Virus record (IMG/VR): IMGVR_UViG_3300007734_000723
Coordinates: 1 to 52,359 of that record
Reading direction: 5' to 3' (one strand)
DNA: 52,359 nucleotides
DNA from: a virus
Taxonomy: Duplodnaviria > Caudoviricetes
The position numbers were made by a program, and so were the translations under genes. Position 1 is the stretch's first letter. The number at the start of each line of letters is the position of its first letter. The notes under the pieces are model-generated. The model was given only the letters and a program-made list of their open reading frames with translations, did not search any database and was not told the DNA's origin. Positions 26,709 through 35,631 of the stretch are shown piece after piece.

Positions 26709-26884
26709 TACTGACGTTCGGGAAACACAAGGGGCTTGACATTGAGGAGGTGGACTCGGACTACCTGCGCTGGATGCTTCGCGCTATCCCGCAACTTGAC
26801 GAGGAGTACAAAAAAGAGATTATCAAGGAACTGGATGAGCGCGTCCACAGGGATGTAGGTACATTCGATTTTGACAAGGAGTAG
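26705..26884 (+). CDS. DUF3820-like small protein (not in ORF track)
   Basis: LTFGKHKG..IEEV..DYLRWM motif; GGAGG RBS. Confidence 0.7.
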   Translation: MILTFGKHKGLDIEEVDSDYLRWMLRAIPQLDEEYKKEIIKELDERVHRDVGTFDFDKE

Positions 26885-26887
26885 AGC

Positions 26888-27091
26888 ATGAGAATATCAA
26901 GATACGCCTCGATACTGACACTGGGCATGATGGAGATGGGCAGAATGGCCCCTATCGAGAGTCGGACTCGCGTGGAGCCGCTACGCCCCGAATACGCCTA
27001 TATCTGCCCCACAGTTCGGGAGGATCCGCGCAAGCGTGAGAAGCGCATGAGGGCGAGACGGGCGCAACGATTACGGAAACGGAGGATGTGA
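26888..27091 (+). CDS. Hypothetical basic protein
   Basis: AAGGAG RBS. Confidence 0.55.
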   Translation: MRISRYASILTLGMMEMGRMAPIESRTRVEPLRPEYAYICPTVREDPRKREKRMRARRAQRLRKRRM

Positions 27092-27342
27092 TGAGCAGGT
27101 ATCACAGTCATCAGCAACTTTTGAGACCTCTCCCGTATATGCCGCTAGGACTGAACCTCTACGACCTCTCGGCGGATTACCACTATCGCCAGAGGACAGA
27201 ACACGCTCTCACTCGCACGCAACCGCTTTGCTGTACTTGTGCCCAGCATGGGGCGTGGCGAACGGTAGGGGAGGGTAAGCGCGGGTTCTGCGACTCGTGT
27301 TGGGAGAGTTATGTACGTTTTCAGAAAGGCGAAACAGCATGA
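27088..27342 (+). CDS. Hypothetical Zn-finger protein
   Basis: CxxC...FCxxC. Confidence 0.55.
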   Translation: MMSRYHSHQQLLRPLPYMPLGLNLYDLSADYHYRQRTEHALTRTQPLCCTCAQHGAWRTVGEGKRGFCDSCWESYVRFQKGETA

Positions 27343-27761
27343 GCAAGCACACACCCGCCCCGTGGGTCGGCGACAATCACGGCTACGTTTGGGCGGAAAA
27401 CGGACAGATGACGATATGCACGATTCGAGGTTGGGGACACCTGACGGGCGTAGGGGCTATGAACCTCTTCGTCACCGATGCGATAGAGATTCAAGACGCG
27501 AACCAACGCCTGATATGCGCCGCGCCGGAGCTGCTGGAGGCGTTGCAGTGTCAGGCGGATTATGAGATGTATATGCGCGTCAATTTGGGGTCTCAGATTG
27601 AGATATGCGCGAAATGGCTACCTCGCATAGAAGAGTTGTTTCCGAAAAACGAGAGTCCGCGACAAGCCTGTTCTGCATGGGCTAGGCACGAGTTTGCGAT
27701 GTTACCAGAACTGCTGAGGCGCAAGGCACTCGCGAAGGCGCTGGGGGAGGATGTAGGATGA
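27339..27761 (+). CDS. Conserved phage protein (HTP.PW...AN.RLI.AAPELLEAL family)
   Basis: Recognisable recurrent phage motif. Confidence 0.7.
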   Translation: MSKHTPAPWVGDNHGYVWAENGQMTICTIRGWGHLTGVGAMNLFVTDAIEIQDANQRLICAAPELLEALQCQADYEMYMRVNLGSQIEICAKWLPRIEELFPKNESPRQACSAWARHEFAMLPELLRRKALAKALGEDVG

Positions 27762-28093
27762 GCGATAAATTCTGCCTAGTGTGTGGGAACAGGCTCGTAA
27801 GGCGCGAGGATGAGCAAAAATGCAATTTCCAAGACCGCACCACCTGCTCTAAACAGTGCGCCATCCGTAAAATGGTGCAAACCCGTAATGGGGTAAATCC
27901 TCCGCCAGCCTCGCCGCGAATCAAATACTGCCACTACTGCCAAGCGTTGCCTGTGCAGGAGAGTAGTGACTTCTGCTCTGACGAGTGCCTGAATGCCCAC
28001 TTTAAGCCCGTGAGAACGCCTGCCGCCGTAACGTGTCCGAAATGCTCCCGAATGGCGACGCATGGCAAATACTGTTCCCGACATGGAGATTAA
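27758..28093 (+). CDS. Multi-Zn-finger protein
   Basis: Three CxxC...CSxx(C/H) units. Confidence 0.65.
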   Translation: MSDKFCLVCGNRLVRREDEQKCNFQDRTTCSKQCAIRKMVQTRNGVNPPPASPRIKYCHYCQALPVQESSDFCSDECLNAHFKPVRTPAAVTCPKCSRMATHGKYCSRHGD

Positions 28094-28096
28094 GAC

Positions 28097-28306
28097 GTGA
28101 CAGCCAACCTCCCGAAACTGACCGCCGTCTACTGCCCGATACATCGCCGCTATGTGGGGTCTATCGAACCCGACTCAGGCGCGGTCTATCTATGCCCCAA
28201 GTGCAAGCGGGCGAACATCGCAGCGCGACTCAGAGAGGGGCGGCTGGAAATCATCCTCACCCAAGAAATTGTGACAAAAAAAGAGGAGGTATTGACAACT
28301 CCCTAG
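28097..28306 (+). CDS. Com-like zinc-ribbon regulator (putative)
   Basis: YCPIH...YLCPKCKR.N; last gene before the late promoter. Confidence 0.5.
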   Translation: MTANLPKLTAVYCPIHRRYVGSIEPDSGAVYLCPKCKRANIAARLREGRLEIILTQEIVTKKEEVLTTP

Positions 28307-28321
28307 AATACTTCGTATACT
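28292..28321 (+). promoter_or_regulatory. Late/tRNA promoter
   Basis: TTGACA-18-TATACT. Confidence 0.75.
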
Positions 28322-28372
28322 GTAAGTAATTCAATACTTTTAAGGGATGCCTAGTCGCTTTAGCGACGCTAT

Positions 28373-28433
28373 GCCCGTCATTTCGCTCTTACCGTTCGCG
28401 GTAGGGGTGATTTGGCGGGCTTTTCTGTTTTCT
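28373..28433 (+). terminator. Long hairpin plus U-tract in the late leader
   Basis: GCCCGTCA...CTTACCG-TTCG-CGGTAGG...TGGCGGGC-TTTTCTGTTTT. Confidence 0.7.
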
Positions 28434-28444
28434 GTGTGTTTTAT

Positions 28445-28520
28445 TGCGGGGTGGAGCAGATGGCGGCTCGCCAGTCTCATAATCTGGAGGTCGAAGGTTC
28501 GAGTCCTTCCCCCGCTCCCA
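28445..28520 (+). tRNA. tRNA-Met(CAT), initiator-like acceptor arm, CCA encoded
   Basis: Full cloverleaf: GAGC/GCTC D stem, CTCATAA loop, GAAGG-TTCGAGT-CCTTC T arm. Confidence 0.9.
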
Positions 28521-28542
28521 ATTTTATCTCGGAGGTCGGCGA

Positions 28543-28821
28543 ATGTCAGACGAGCGAGGCGGGTTCCAAGAGCCTGCAAGCAAACTAAACTTAATGCTCT
28601 CCGTCGTGGGGCTTGCGATAACGTTGCTGGGCGCGTTGTCTGTGAGTGTCGCTAAATCTCAGGACACGCAAAACAGGGTGACGGAACTCCTCTCCGCACG
28701 TGCAGACCACGAGTCGCGCATACGGGGCGTGGAAGCCACCTGCGGGGTTGTGCAGACCGCCCTCACGGACATTAAAGACCGGCTCCAACGCATCGAGCGA
28801 AAACTGGACGGCTCGAAATGA
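28543..28821 (+). CDS. Single-TM plus coiled-coil protein (holin/XhlA-like, putative)
   Basis: TM segment followed by DHESRIRGVE...IKDRLQRIERKLD. Confidence 0.55.
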   Translation: MSDERGGFQEPASKLNLMLSVVGLAITLLGALSVSVAKSQDTQNRVTELLSARADHESRIRGVEATCGVVQTALTDIKDRLQRIERKLDGSK

Positions 28822-29036
28822 CCAAACGTGACTTAGGTACCCTCCGCGCTCAGTACGAGGCGCAAAAGAGACAGGTAGACCGGAAGCGGCAGGGGATAAC
28901 CACGCTGACCGCCCTCGCGTTGTATGTGGTGGCTCATGCGGACGCTATTAGGCAACTCGTGCCGACTCAGTGGGCTGGCGCGGTGGTGGTGGTGATTGCG
29001 GTAGCCCATGCGTTCGCGCAAGAGCCGGGGAAGTGA
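28818..29036 (+). CDS. Small two-TM protein (holin-like)
   Basis: Two hydrophobic segments; basic N-terminus. Confidence 0.5.
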   Translation: MTKRDLGTLRAQYEAQKRQVDRKRQGITTLTALALYVVAHADAIRQLVPTQWAGAVVVVIAVAHAFAQEPGK

Positions 29037-29089
29037 GGTTTGAGATATTTTTGAGCAGTTTTTGAGCGCTTTTTGAATAGGGTAATTCG

Positions 29090-29497
29090 ATGGTAAATCC
29101 TGATACAGAGGCGGAGGTTGTAGGCTCGATTGTCGCAGGGTTGAGTCTTAATGCTATCGCCAAGAAATACAAACTAGCGCGGAATACCGTTATGGCGATT
29201 CGCGCTCGCCACTTCAAAGAGGGGGAGATTCCCGCTCGTCAGTCGGAAGCGAAGCAAGAGCAGGTAGAGCAGGCGATTGAGCGGCAGAAGTCTACGATGG
29301 ACGAAAAGTTGGCGGACGCTGTAGACAGCGGGTTGGACTATCTGAAGCGAATCCCTGTGAGAACATCACGAGATGCTTATATCGACAGTCAAACGGGGCG
29401 GGATAACGCGGCATTGTACCGAGAGATTAAAGACTTCACGCTTCAAATTCTCGAAGCCGCAGGGGGCGCAGAAGAAGAGTTCACCGAACCGGATTAA
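29090..29497 (+). CDS. terS: Terminase small subunit
   Basis: N-terminal HTH (GLSLNAIAKKYKLARNTV); directly upstream of TerL. Confidence 0.7.
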   Translation: MVNPDTEAEVVGSIVAGLSLNAIAKKYKLARNTVMAIRARHFKEGEIPARQSEAKQEQVEQAIERQKSTMDEKLADAVDSGLDYLKRIPVRTSRDAYIDSQTGRDNAALYREIKDFTLQILEAAGGAEEEFTEPD

Positions 29498-30926
29498 CCT
29501 CTTTGAAAACTTCATATCGAAAGTACGTCCGACCTACCAGATGTATCGCCACTGCGAGGAACTGATTTCGGTTTTGCAGAGAGTCGCGGACGGAGAACTC
29601 AAGCGCGTCATGGTGTTCATGCCACCCCGCCACTCCAAAAGCGAGACGGTAAGCAGATTGTTTCCCGCTTACTACCTGCAACGCTATCCGGAGCGGAGCG
29701 TGGGGCTTACCTCCTACTCGATAGACTTGGCGCGAACTCTAAGCAGAGCGGCGCGTAGCAACTTCATCGAAGCGGGGGGCGAACTCTCGAAGACCGCGAC
29801 AGCAGTGACGCACTGGGAGACCAAGCAGGGCGGCGCGATGTGGAGCGCGGGAGTCGGCGGCGCGATAACAGGCAAGGGCGGTCATTTACTCATTGTTGAC
29901 GACCCTGTGAAAAACGCGGCGGACGCGGACTCGGAGCAGCTGCGCGAGAAGGTCAAGGACTGGTACGACTCCACGTTCTACACCAGATTGGAGCCAGAGG
30001 GCGCGATTGTGATAGTTCAGACGCGCTGGCATGAGGACGATTTGAGCGGGTGGTTGCTCTCGCAGGAGGGCGACGAAGAGGAGGACGCGGAGGGCTGGTA
30101 CATTGTCAACCTGCCCGGACTGGCGGAGGAGCCTGTCGCATTTCCGTCCTCATGCACGGTTCACCCCGACTGGCGGGAGGTTGGCGAGGCGTTGTGCGAG
30201 GAGCGTTATCCGAAAGCCCGACTCGCGAGAGTGGCGCGAAAAATCGGAGAGTACTGGTTCAACGCACTCTTCCAGCAACGACCCCGCGCCCGTGAAGGCA
30301 ACATCTTCAAGCGCATCTGGTTCGAGAGTCGGTATAAGTCGCTCCCGGACTTCAAAGCGGTTTATACGATGTGGGATACCGCGCTTAAAGCGCAGGAGAA
30401 GAACGACGAAACCGCGTGCGCTGTGTGGGGCGAAGGGGTAGACGGCCTTCTCTATCTCTTGAGAGTCGCGCATGGACGATGGGAGACGCCCGACGTTGCG
30501 GATTTTCTCATTGAGCAAGCCTATTGGTTGCGCGAACTGTATGGCGACCTCTACGTTGGGGATTTTGTGGAGGATAAGGTTTCCGGCACGACACTCATGC
30601 AGTATCTTCGCCGCCACGAAGACCCCGATACAGAGCGCGGGTATGACGGGAAGCGGCTTGTGGTGACGGCGGTGCAGGTCGAAGCCGACAAGGTGTCGCG
30701 GGCGCACGGCGTGACCCCGCTCTGCGAATCGGAGCGTGTGCGGTTGCCAGACAGCGGCATCTTCCCCGATACGCGGGGATGGGTCGCCAAGTTTATTGAC
30801 CAGTTGCTGGGCTTCCCCGGCAAGCATGACGACATGGTGGACGTGTTTGTCTACGGCATAAAGCGATTTATGGGGACGCTCGGTAAAAAGAGCGCAAAAC
30901 GGACGAAGGCAAAGGGATACGTTTAG
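29373..30926 (+). CDS. terL: Terminase large subunit (start uncertain)
   Basis: MPPRHSKS Walker A, ITGKGG.LLIVDDP, QTRWHEDD, WDTA, HDD.VD nuclease motifs. Confidence 0.95.
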   Translation: MLISTVKRGGITRHCTERLKTSRFKFSKPQGAQKKSSPNRINLFENFISKVRPTYQMYRHCEELISVLQRVADGELKRVMVFMPPRHSKSETVSRLFPAYYLQRYPERSVGLTSYSIDLARTLSRAARSNFIEAGGELSKTATAVTHWETKQGGAMWSAGVGGAITGKGGHLLIVDDPVKNAADADSEQLREKVKDWYDSTFYTRLEPEGAIVIVQTRWHEDDLSGWLLSQEGDEEEDAEGWYIVNLPGLAEEPVAFPSSCTVHPDWREVGEALCEERYPKARLARVARKIGEYWFNALFQQRPRAREGNIFKRIWFESRYKSLPDFKAVYTMWDTALKAQEKNDETACAVWGEGVDGLLYLLRVAHGRWETPDVADFLIEQAYWLRELYGDLYVGDFVEDKVSGTTLMQYLRRHEDPDTERGYDGKRLVVTAVQVEADKVSRAHGVTPLCESERVRLPDSGIFPDTRGWVAKFIDQLLGFPGKHDDMVDVFVYGIKRFMGTLGKKSAKRTKAKGYV

Positions 30927-32410
30927 TGATATTTAGCGATGCACAGTACGCCGCACAACTCATAAACACCAAATCGTTACCGCCCGGTCTCACGCATATA
31001 CAGACACTGGCGGCGCAAGCCCGCGCCTACGACGCTATGAAGCCGTACCCGCTCTTCTGGTTCAAAAACTGGAAAGAGGAGGACAGGGGGCCACTGCCGC
31101 GCTGTATGCCTATCGCGAAATCTATCGTGAAGCGCGGGTCTCGTTGGCTGTTCGGGAAGCCTGTAGAGTTGAGGTGCCCCGGCAACGAGGCTCTGGAAGA
31201 AGCGATTGAAAAGGTCTGGAAGCAGAACCGTCTCGATAGCCGACTTGTCGCTATAGCGCGTAGAGGGGCGATAGAGGGGGGCGTTGTTCTCAAGTTCGCG
31301 TATGACGAGTCCGCGTTTCCGAATGTCACCGTGCAGTCGTTATCGCTGGTGACGCAGGTGAGGCTCTTCTACCACCCGCACAACCGCGAAAAGTTGTTGA
31401 TGGCGCGGATACAGTACCCTTACTACGATGGCGTAGAGGCTTGCGCGTACTGGTATCGGGAGGAGTGGACGGCGGAGCAGGAGACTCACTACTACCCCGT
31501 CAAGGACGAATCTCTGCAACGCGCTAACCCTGACACTTACGAGAGTTGGGAGATAGACACAGACGCGACGATTCCGAACCCGTTCAAGTTGATTCCGCTT
31601 CATGTCATCAAAAACATTGAGACCGACGATGTGTGGGGCGCAGGCGACCTGTGGGAACCGGACGACGAACAGGACGGCGGACTCTACCGTGTTTTGGACA
31701 GGGTGCATCTGACATATCACTTGATGGACAAATCCAACCAGTTCGATAGTCAGGTCAACCCGATTTTCATGGACATTGATGTTGACCAAGACGACATCAA
31801 TAAGCCGCAACAGCCCGGAGAGCCGCTTAACCTTGAGTCCGCGAACCCTGACGGACACCCGGGTCGCGTTGCGTTCCCGCCTTCTGGCAATGCGCTTCGC
31901 CCTGCGATGATGGAGTACGCTCGCGACCTGCGAAAGCAGATATTGGCGGCGGCTTCGAGCGTAGAGGTAGACCAAGCCGAAATCTCGAACATGGGCAACC
32001 TTACGAACGCGGTTCTGGCGCAACTCTATCTGCCTCTGATAGAGTTGACGGAAGACAAGCGCAAAACCTACGGGCAGGATGGAATCGCGCCGTTCCTCGC
32101 TAAAATGGCGATAGGGCTACAACGCGCCGGCGTGCCGATGGGCGTGAACGAGTCGGACGAGTCGACCTATACGGTCGAGATTGGCTGGAGTCCCTACTTC
32201 CCCTTCACGGAAGACGAAAAGACCGCCATTGTGACGCGCATACAGCAGGAGGAGGGGGCGGGCTATCTCACCCGCGACCGCGCCATTGAAGAGGTCTCGG
32301 AGATGGAGGGGCGCACGGAGATTGAGGAGATGAAGGCGGAACTCGCAACCCAAGCCGACTTGGAACCGCCCGTAGGAGGAGACCCGAACGATGAAAACGC
32401 AGGGACGTAA
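30926..32410 (+). CDS. Portal protein (SPP1-like)
   Basis: Follows TerL; 494 aa; NPF..IP and WLFGKPV motifs. Confidence 0.85.
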   Translation: MIFSDAQYAAQLINTKSLPPGLTHIQTLAAQARAYDAMKPYPLFWFKNWKEEDRGPLPRCMPIAKSIVKRGSRWLFGKPVELRCPGNEALEEAIEKVWKQNRLDSRLVAIARRGAIEGGVVLKFAYDESAFPNVTVQSLSLVTQVRLFYHPHNREKLLMARIQYPYYDGVEACAYWYREEWTAEQETHYYPVKDESLQRANPDTYESWEIDTDATIPNPFKLIPLHVIKNIETDDVWGAGDLWEPDDEQDGGLYRVLDRVHLTYHLMDKSNQFDSQVNPIFMDIDVDQDDINKPQQPGEPLNLESANPDGHPGRVAFPPSGNALRPAMMEYARDLRKQILAAASSVEVDQAEISNMGNLTNAVLAQLYLPLIELTEDKRKTYGQDGIAPFLAKMAIGLQRAGVPMGVNESDESTYTVEIGWSPYFPFTEDEKTAIVTRIQQEEGAGYLTRDRAIEEVSEMEGRTEIEEMKAELATQADLEPPVGGDPNDENAGT

Positions 32411-32558
32411 AGAGGTCTTTGAAGCCGCGCTTATCGCCGCCCTGTGCGCGTTCGTGACAGGCGTTGTGAATTGGGGCGTGGAAGAAGCGCGTCGCAAGGC
32501 GGAAGAAGCCCGCGTAAAAGCGGAACAGGCGAAGAAGAAAGGCAAGAAATCGAAATGA
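32391..32558 (+). CDS. 55-aa single-TM protein (not in ORF track)
   Basis: AGGAGG RBS; AALIAALCAFVTGVVNWGV followed by a basic tail. Confidence 0.5.
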   Translation: MKTQGRKEVFEAALIAALCAFVTGVVNWGVEEARRKAEEARVKAEQAKKKGKKSK

Positions 32559-32767
32559 AGCATACCGCCGTCCGCTCTTCCAATATCGCCTCTATCGGCT
32601 ACGACATTGCGACACAGGAGCTGGAGGTCACGTTCAAAAACGGCTCCACTTATGTTTATGAGGGCGTTCCCTCTGAACTTCACGCGATGCTACTGATAGC
32701 CCCAAGCGTGGGAAAGCACCTTGACCAGCACGTCAAGGGCAAATTCAACTACCGAAAGAAAGGTTGA
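32555..32767 (+). CDS. KTSC domain protein
   Basis: V.SSNIASIGYD...LEV.F..G..Y.Y..VP......A.S.GK. Confidence 0.9.
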   Translation: MKHTAVRSSNIASIGYDIATQELEVTFKNGSTYVYEGVPSELHAMLLIAPSVGKHLDQHVKGKFNYRKKG

Positions 32768-32769
32768 TT

Positions 32770-33141
32770 ATGCGAGAGATAACGGATCACAAACTGAGCG
32801 ACCTGAACAACGCGGTGGATATAACTGCCGACGAGCGTGATTCCGCGTGTGGAAACGCTTCGCACGAATACGCGATACACCTCCACAAGTCGGAGACCGA
32901 GGGGCATATAACCCTTTTGAATTTCCAGCATGGCGCGGTCAAAGAGGTCGGGCTGAACGGAATCAGCGACGAAGTCCTAATAGCGATTGTGATAGACCGC
33001 TTGCAGGGCTTTCAGGCTGGCGATTTCCGCTCTCGCGAGAACGCTCTTGCGATTACCCATCTGGAGGAGGCTATGCACTGGCTGAATCATCGCACGCTTG
33101 ACCGTATGCGTCGCGGCGTGGAAGGCGTAAGCAAAGCCTAG
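32770..33141 (+). CDS. tad1: Tad1-like anti-defence nucleotide-signal sponge
   Basis: FQ.G.VKEVG.NG...E.LI...I.RL..FQ...F.SREN.LAIT.LEEA..WL..RT..R..RGVEG, matching the Tad1 family pattern as recalled. Confidence 0.8.
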   Translation: MREITDHKLSDLNNAVDITADERDSACGNASHEYAIHLHKSETEGHITLLNFQHGAVKEVGLNGISDEVLIAIVIDRLQGFQAGDFRSRENALAITHLEEAMHWLNHRTLDRMRRGVEGVSKA

Positions 33142-33217
33142 AATTTCAATCTGAATCGATACCTTACCTGCGCGGCGCAGAGCAAACGCCGACACCCTGA
33201 ACAGGAGAAACAACCGA

Positions 33218-33763
33218 ATGTCTGACCAAGACCCGAAAACCCCGCCCGTCCCGCCTGTGGTTCCACCCGCAGACCCGCCGTCCGCCGACCCTAAGCCCGG
33301 CGCGAACGATGAAAACAAGTTCCGCAGGCTACACGAGAAAGCGGAGGGCGACAACGCGGCGCTGAAAACCCGACTCGCAGAACTGGAAGCCGCCGAGAAA
33401 GCCCGTAAAGAGGGCGAGATGACGGAACTTCAGAAGGCGCAGGCGGAAGCCGCCGAGCTGAAAGCGAAGACCGCCGCACTGGAAGCCGAAAACCTGCGCC
33501 GCAAGATAGCCGCCGAAAAGGGACTCGCGCCTGACATGCTGGACTTTTTGAGCGGAGACGAAGCGCAGATGACAGCGCAAGCGGAGAGACTCGCGGGGCT
33601 TGCGAATCGCCCTCCTGCGAAAGCGGGAACCACCACACTACCGGGAGGAGGGCAGACTCCTACGGTTGACGAGCAGATAGCCGCCGCGCAAAAGGCTAAC
33701 AACACGCACGAGGCGATACGACTCAAGCGCGAACGCGCAGGGTTTGGAAACAACGCGCAATAA
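33218..33763 (+). CDS. Capsid scaffolding protein
   Basis: Pro-rich N-terminus, coiled coil (MTELQKAQ..A) and position before the MCP. Confidence 0.8.
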   Translation: MSDQDPKTPPVPPVVPPADPPSADPKPGANDENKFRRLHEKAEGDNAALKTRLAELEAAEKARKEGEMTELQKAQAEAAELKAKTAALEAENLRRKIAAEKGLAPDMLDFLSGDEAQMTAQAERLAGLANRPPAKAGTTTLPGGGQTPTVDEQIAAAQKANNTHEAIRLKRERAGFGNNAQ

Positions 33764-33806
33764 CCGCCCGCCCATGTAGGGGATGGGGCAAAAAGGAAAA
33801 ACAACG

Positions 33807-34790
33807 ATGGCTACAGGACAGGTAACGACATATACTGTCGTCGATTATTTGGGCGAACTGTTTCAAACGTCCAAGCGCCCCAACACGCTCTTGAAACTAC
33901 TGGGCAGTATCCATGGTTCGGTGCTACGCACTAACTCGAAAGAGTTCCCAGTCGGAACCTTCTACGACCTCCGCTCCCCGGCGCAACCCGCGATTCTGGA
34001 AGGCGCGGCGGCTCCTGCGGCGCAGTATCGCGCTCTGACGCAGGCGACCAACGTGGTGCAACTCTTTCACGAGAAGGTGAGCCTATCTTACCTCGCCCAG
34101 AGCGATCAGACGGTTACGGGTATTGTTCCGATTCCGCAGGCGAAGCTCAATGGTCCTGTGCAGAACCCGCGTTCGGAGGCGTTTCAGGTTATGCGGGCGT
34201 TGGAGACTGTCGCGCAGGACGCGAACTACAGTTTCCTGAACGGAACCTACGCAAATCCTGCTAACCCCGCTTCGACGGCTCTCAAGACTCGCGGGATCCT
34301 TACCGCAATTACCACGAACCTCGTAGACCATAGTGGAAGCACCATCAATACCGCCGCGCTCTATCGCGCCGAGGTGCAGTCCCTCATGGCGCTGCTTGTT
34401 GCTTCGACGGGCTACATTCCGGACGATACGTGGACAATCATAGCGGACACGACGCAGTTCGGGAACATTCAGGCGGCTTACGAAGGCTCTACCACGCCGC
34501 CGTATGACCGCGAGGTTGCGGGTTTTAAACTACGTCAAATCTATACCCGCTACGGCATTCTGAACCTCGCGCTCGACCCCGATATGCCCGCAAACTACTT
34601 CGCGATTCTCAATCTCGGAGTGGCAGGGATTGCAGGGCTGGAAGTTCCCAATAAGGGGATTCTGTTTGAGGAGCCGCTCTACAAGCAGGGTTCGTCGGAC
34701 GAAACCCAGATTTACGGGCAACTCGGAATTGACCACGGTCCCGAATGGATGCACGCGATGGTGAAACTGCCGTCTGGCATCTCCCTTTAG
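33807..34790 (+). CDS. Major capsid protein
   Basis: ~327 aa after the scaffold; N..Q.F.E.V..SY and EEPL.K.G.....QIYG..G.DHGPE..H motifs. Confidence 0.88.
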   Translation: MATGQVTTYTVVDYLGELFQTSKRPNTLLKLLGSIHGSVLRTNSKEFPVGTFYDLRSPAQPAILEGAAAPAAQYRALTQATNVVQLFHEKVSLSYLAQSDQTVTGIVPIPQAKLNGPVQNPRSEAFQVMRALETVAQDANYSFLNGTYANPANPASTALKTRGILTAITTNLVDHSGSTINTAALYRAEVQSLMALLVASTGYIPDDTWTIIADTTQFGNIQAAYEGSTTPPYDREVAGFKLRQIYTRYGILNLALDPDMPANYFAILNLGVAGIAGLEVPNKGILFEEPLYKQGSSDETQIYGQLGIDHGPEWMHAMVKLPSGISL

Positions 34791-34840
34791 TCGCTAACCG
34801 TTGAGAGGGGGCTAATCTCCCCCTCTCAGGAGAAACAGAA

Positions 34841-35296
34841 ATGCCTCTTTTTGAGATCATCAATGACGGCGTGAGCAATGCGCTTAATGACGCAGGGGAT
34901 GTTTCGCGATTTGGAAGCGGGTACCGCCACAACAATATCGCGAAAGTAGCGCTCGCGGCACTGGATACGGGCGGCGGCGTTCTGGCATGGCAGAACCCTG
35001 AGTCGGTCTCCATTATCATCAGCCGCATTGAGATGGATGTCACTACTGCCGCGACAGCTGCGGCGACTATCGACGTTGGAACCACTGCGACGAGTGCGGC
35101 AACCAGTATTGACAACCTGATAGACGGGCTGGACGTAAATGCCGCGACGGGAGTGTTTGACAACATTACCGACAAAGGCACGAACGGTAAATCGAAGCAG
35201 AAACTTGCTTCCGGCAAGTGGGTGACGGGTAGCAAGGCGAGCGGTGCCTGTGCGGGTCTCGCTGGCTACGCCTACATTCACTACCACATTCTGTAA
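34841..35296 (+). CDS. Putative capsid decoration protein
   Basis: Ala/Thr-rich beta protein after the MCP; a hairpin at 34802-34828 precedes it. Confidence 0.5.
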   Translation: MPLFEIINDGVSNALNDAGDVSRFGSGYRHNNIAKVALAALDTGGGVLAWQNPESVSIIISRIEMDVTTAATAAATIDVGTTATSAATSIDNLIDGLDVNAATGVFDNITDKGTNGKSKQKLASGKWVTGSKASGACAGLAGYAYIHYHIL

Positions 35297-35305
35297 GGAG
35301 GCGTT

Positions 35306-35620
35306 ATGCCTAAAGTTCTGATAAACAACCACAGTACGTTTTACGACGGTAGAACGAAAACGCAGTTCGACCCTGTTCTGAACAGAATTTCGGGCTGTTA
35401 CGTCGGCATAGCGGACGTAGACGCAGAGACGGCGGACTCGTATGAGGGGCATTCTCGCTTTCAGGTCTTGACGGACGAAGAGTACCTCGCGATGGTGACG
35501 ACTCCTCGCGCCCCTCAACCTACGGAGGCGAATACGGGCGACCCGTTGACGGATGCGGCGGCGAAACCTGCCAGAGCGAAACAGGTTCTCGCTCCTCCCG
35601 CCCCGCCGAAATCCAACTAG
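35306..35620 (+). CDS. Hypothetical protein (head module)
   Basis: AAGGAGG RBS. Confidence 0.6.
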   Translation: MPKVLINNHSTFYDGRTKTQFDPVLNRISGCYVGIADVDAETADSYEGHSRFQVLTDEEYLAMVTTPRAPQPTEANTGDPLTDAAAKPARAKQVLAPPAPPKSN

Positions 35621-35631
35621 GAGACTGAGCA

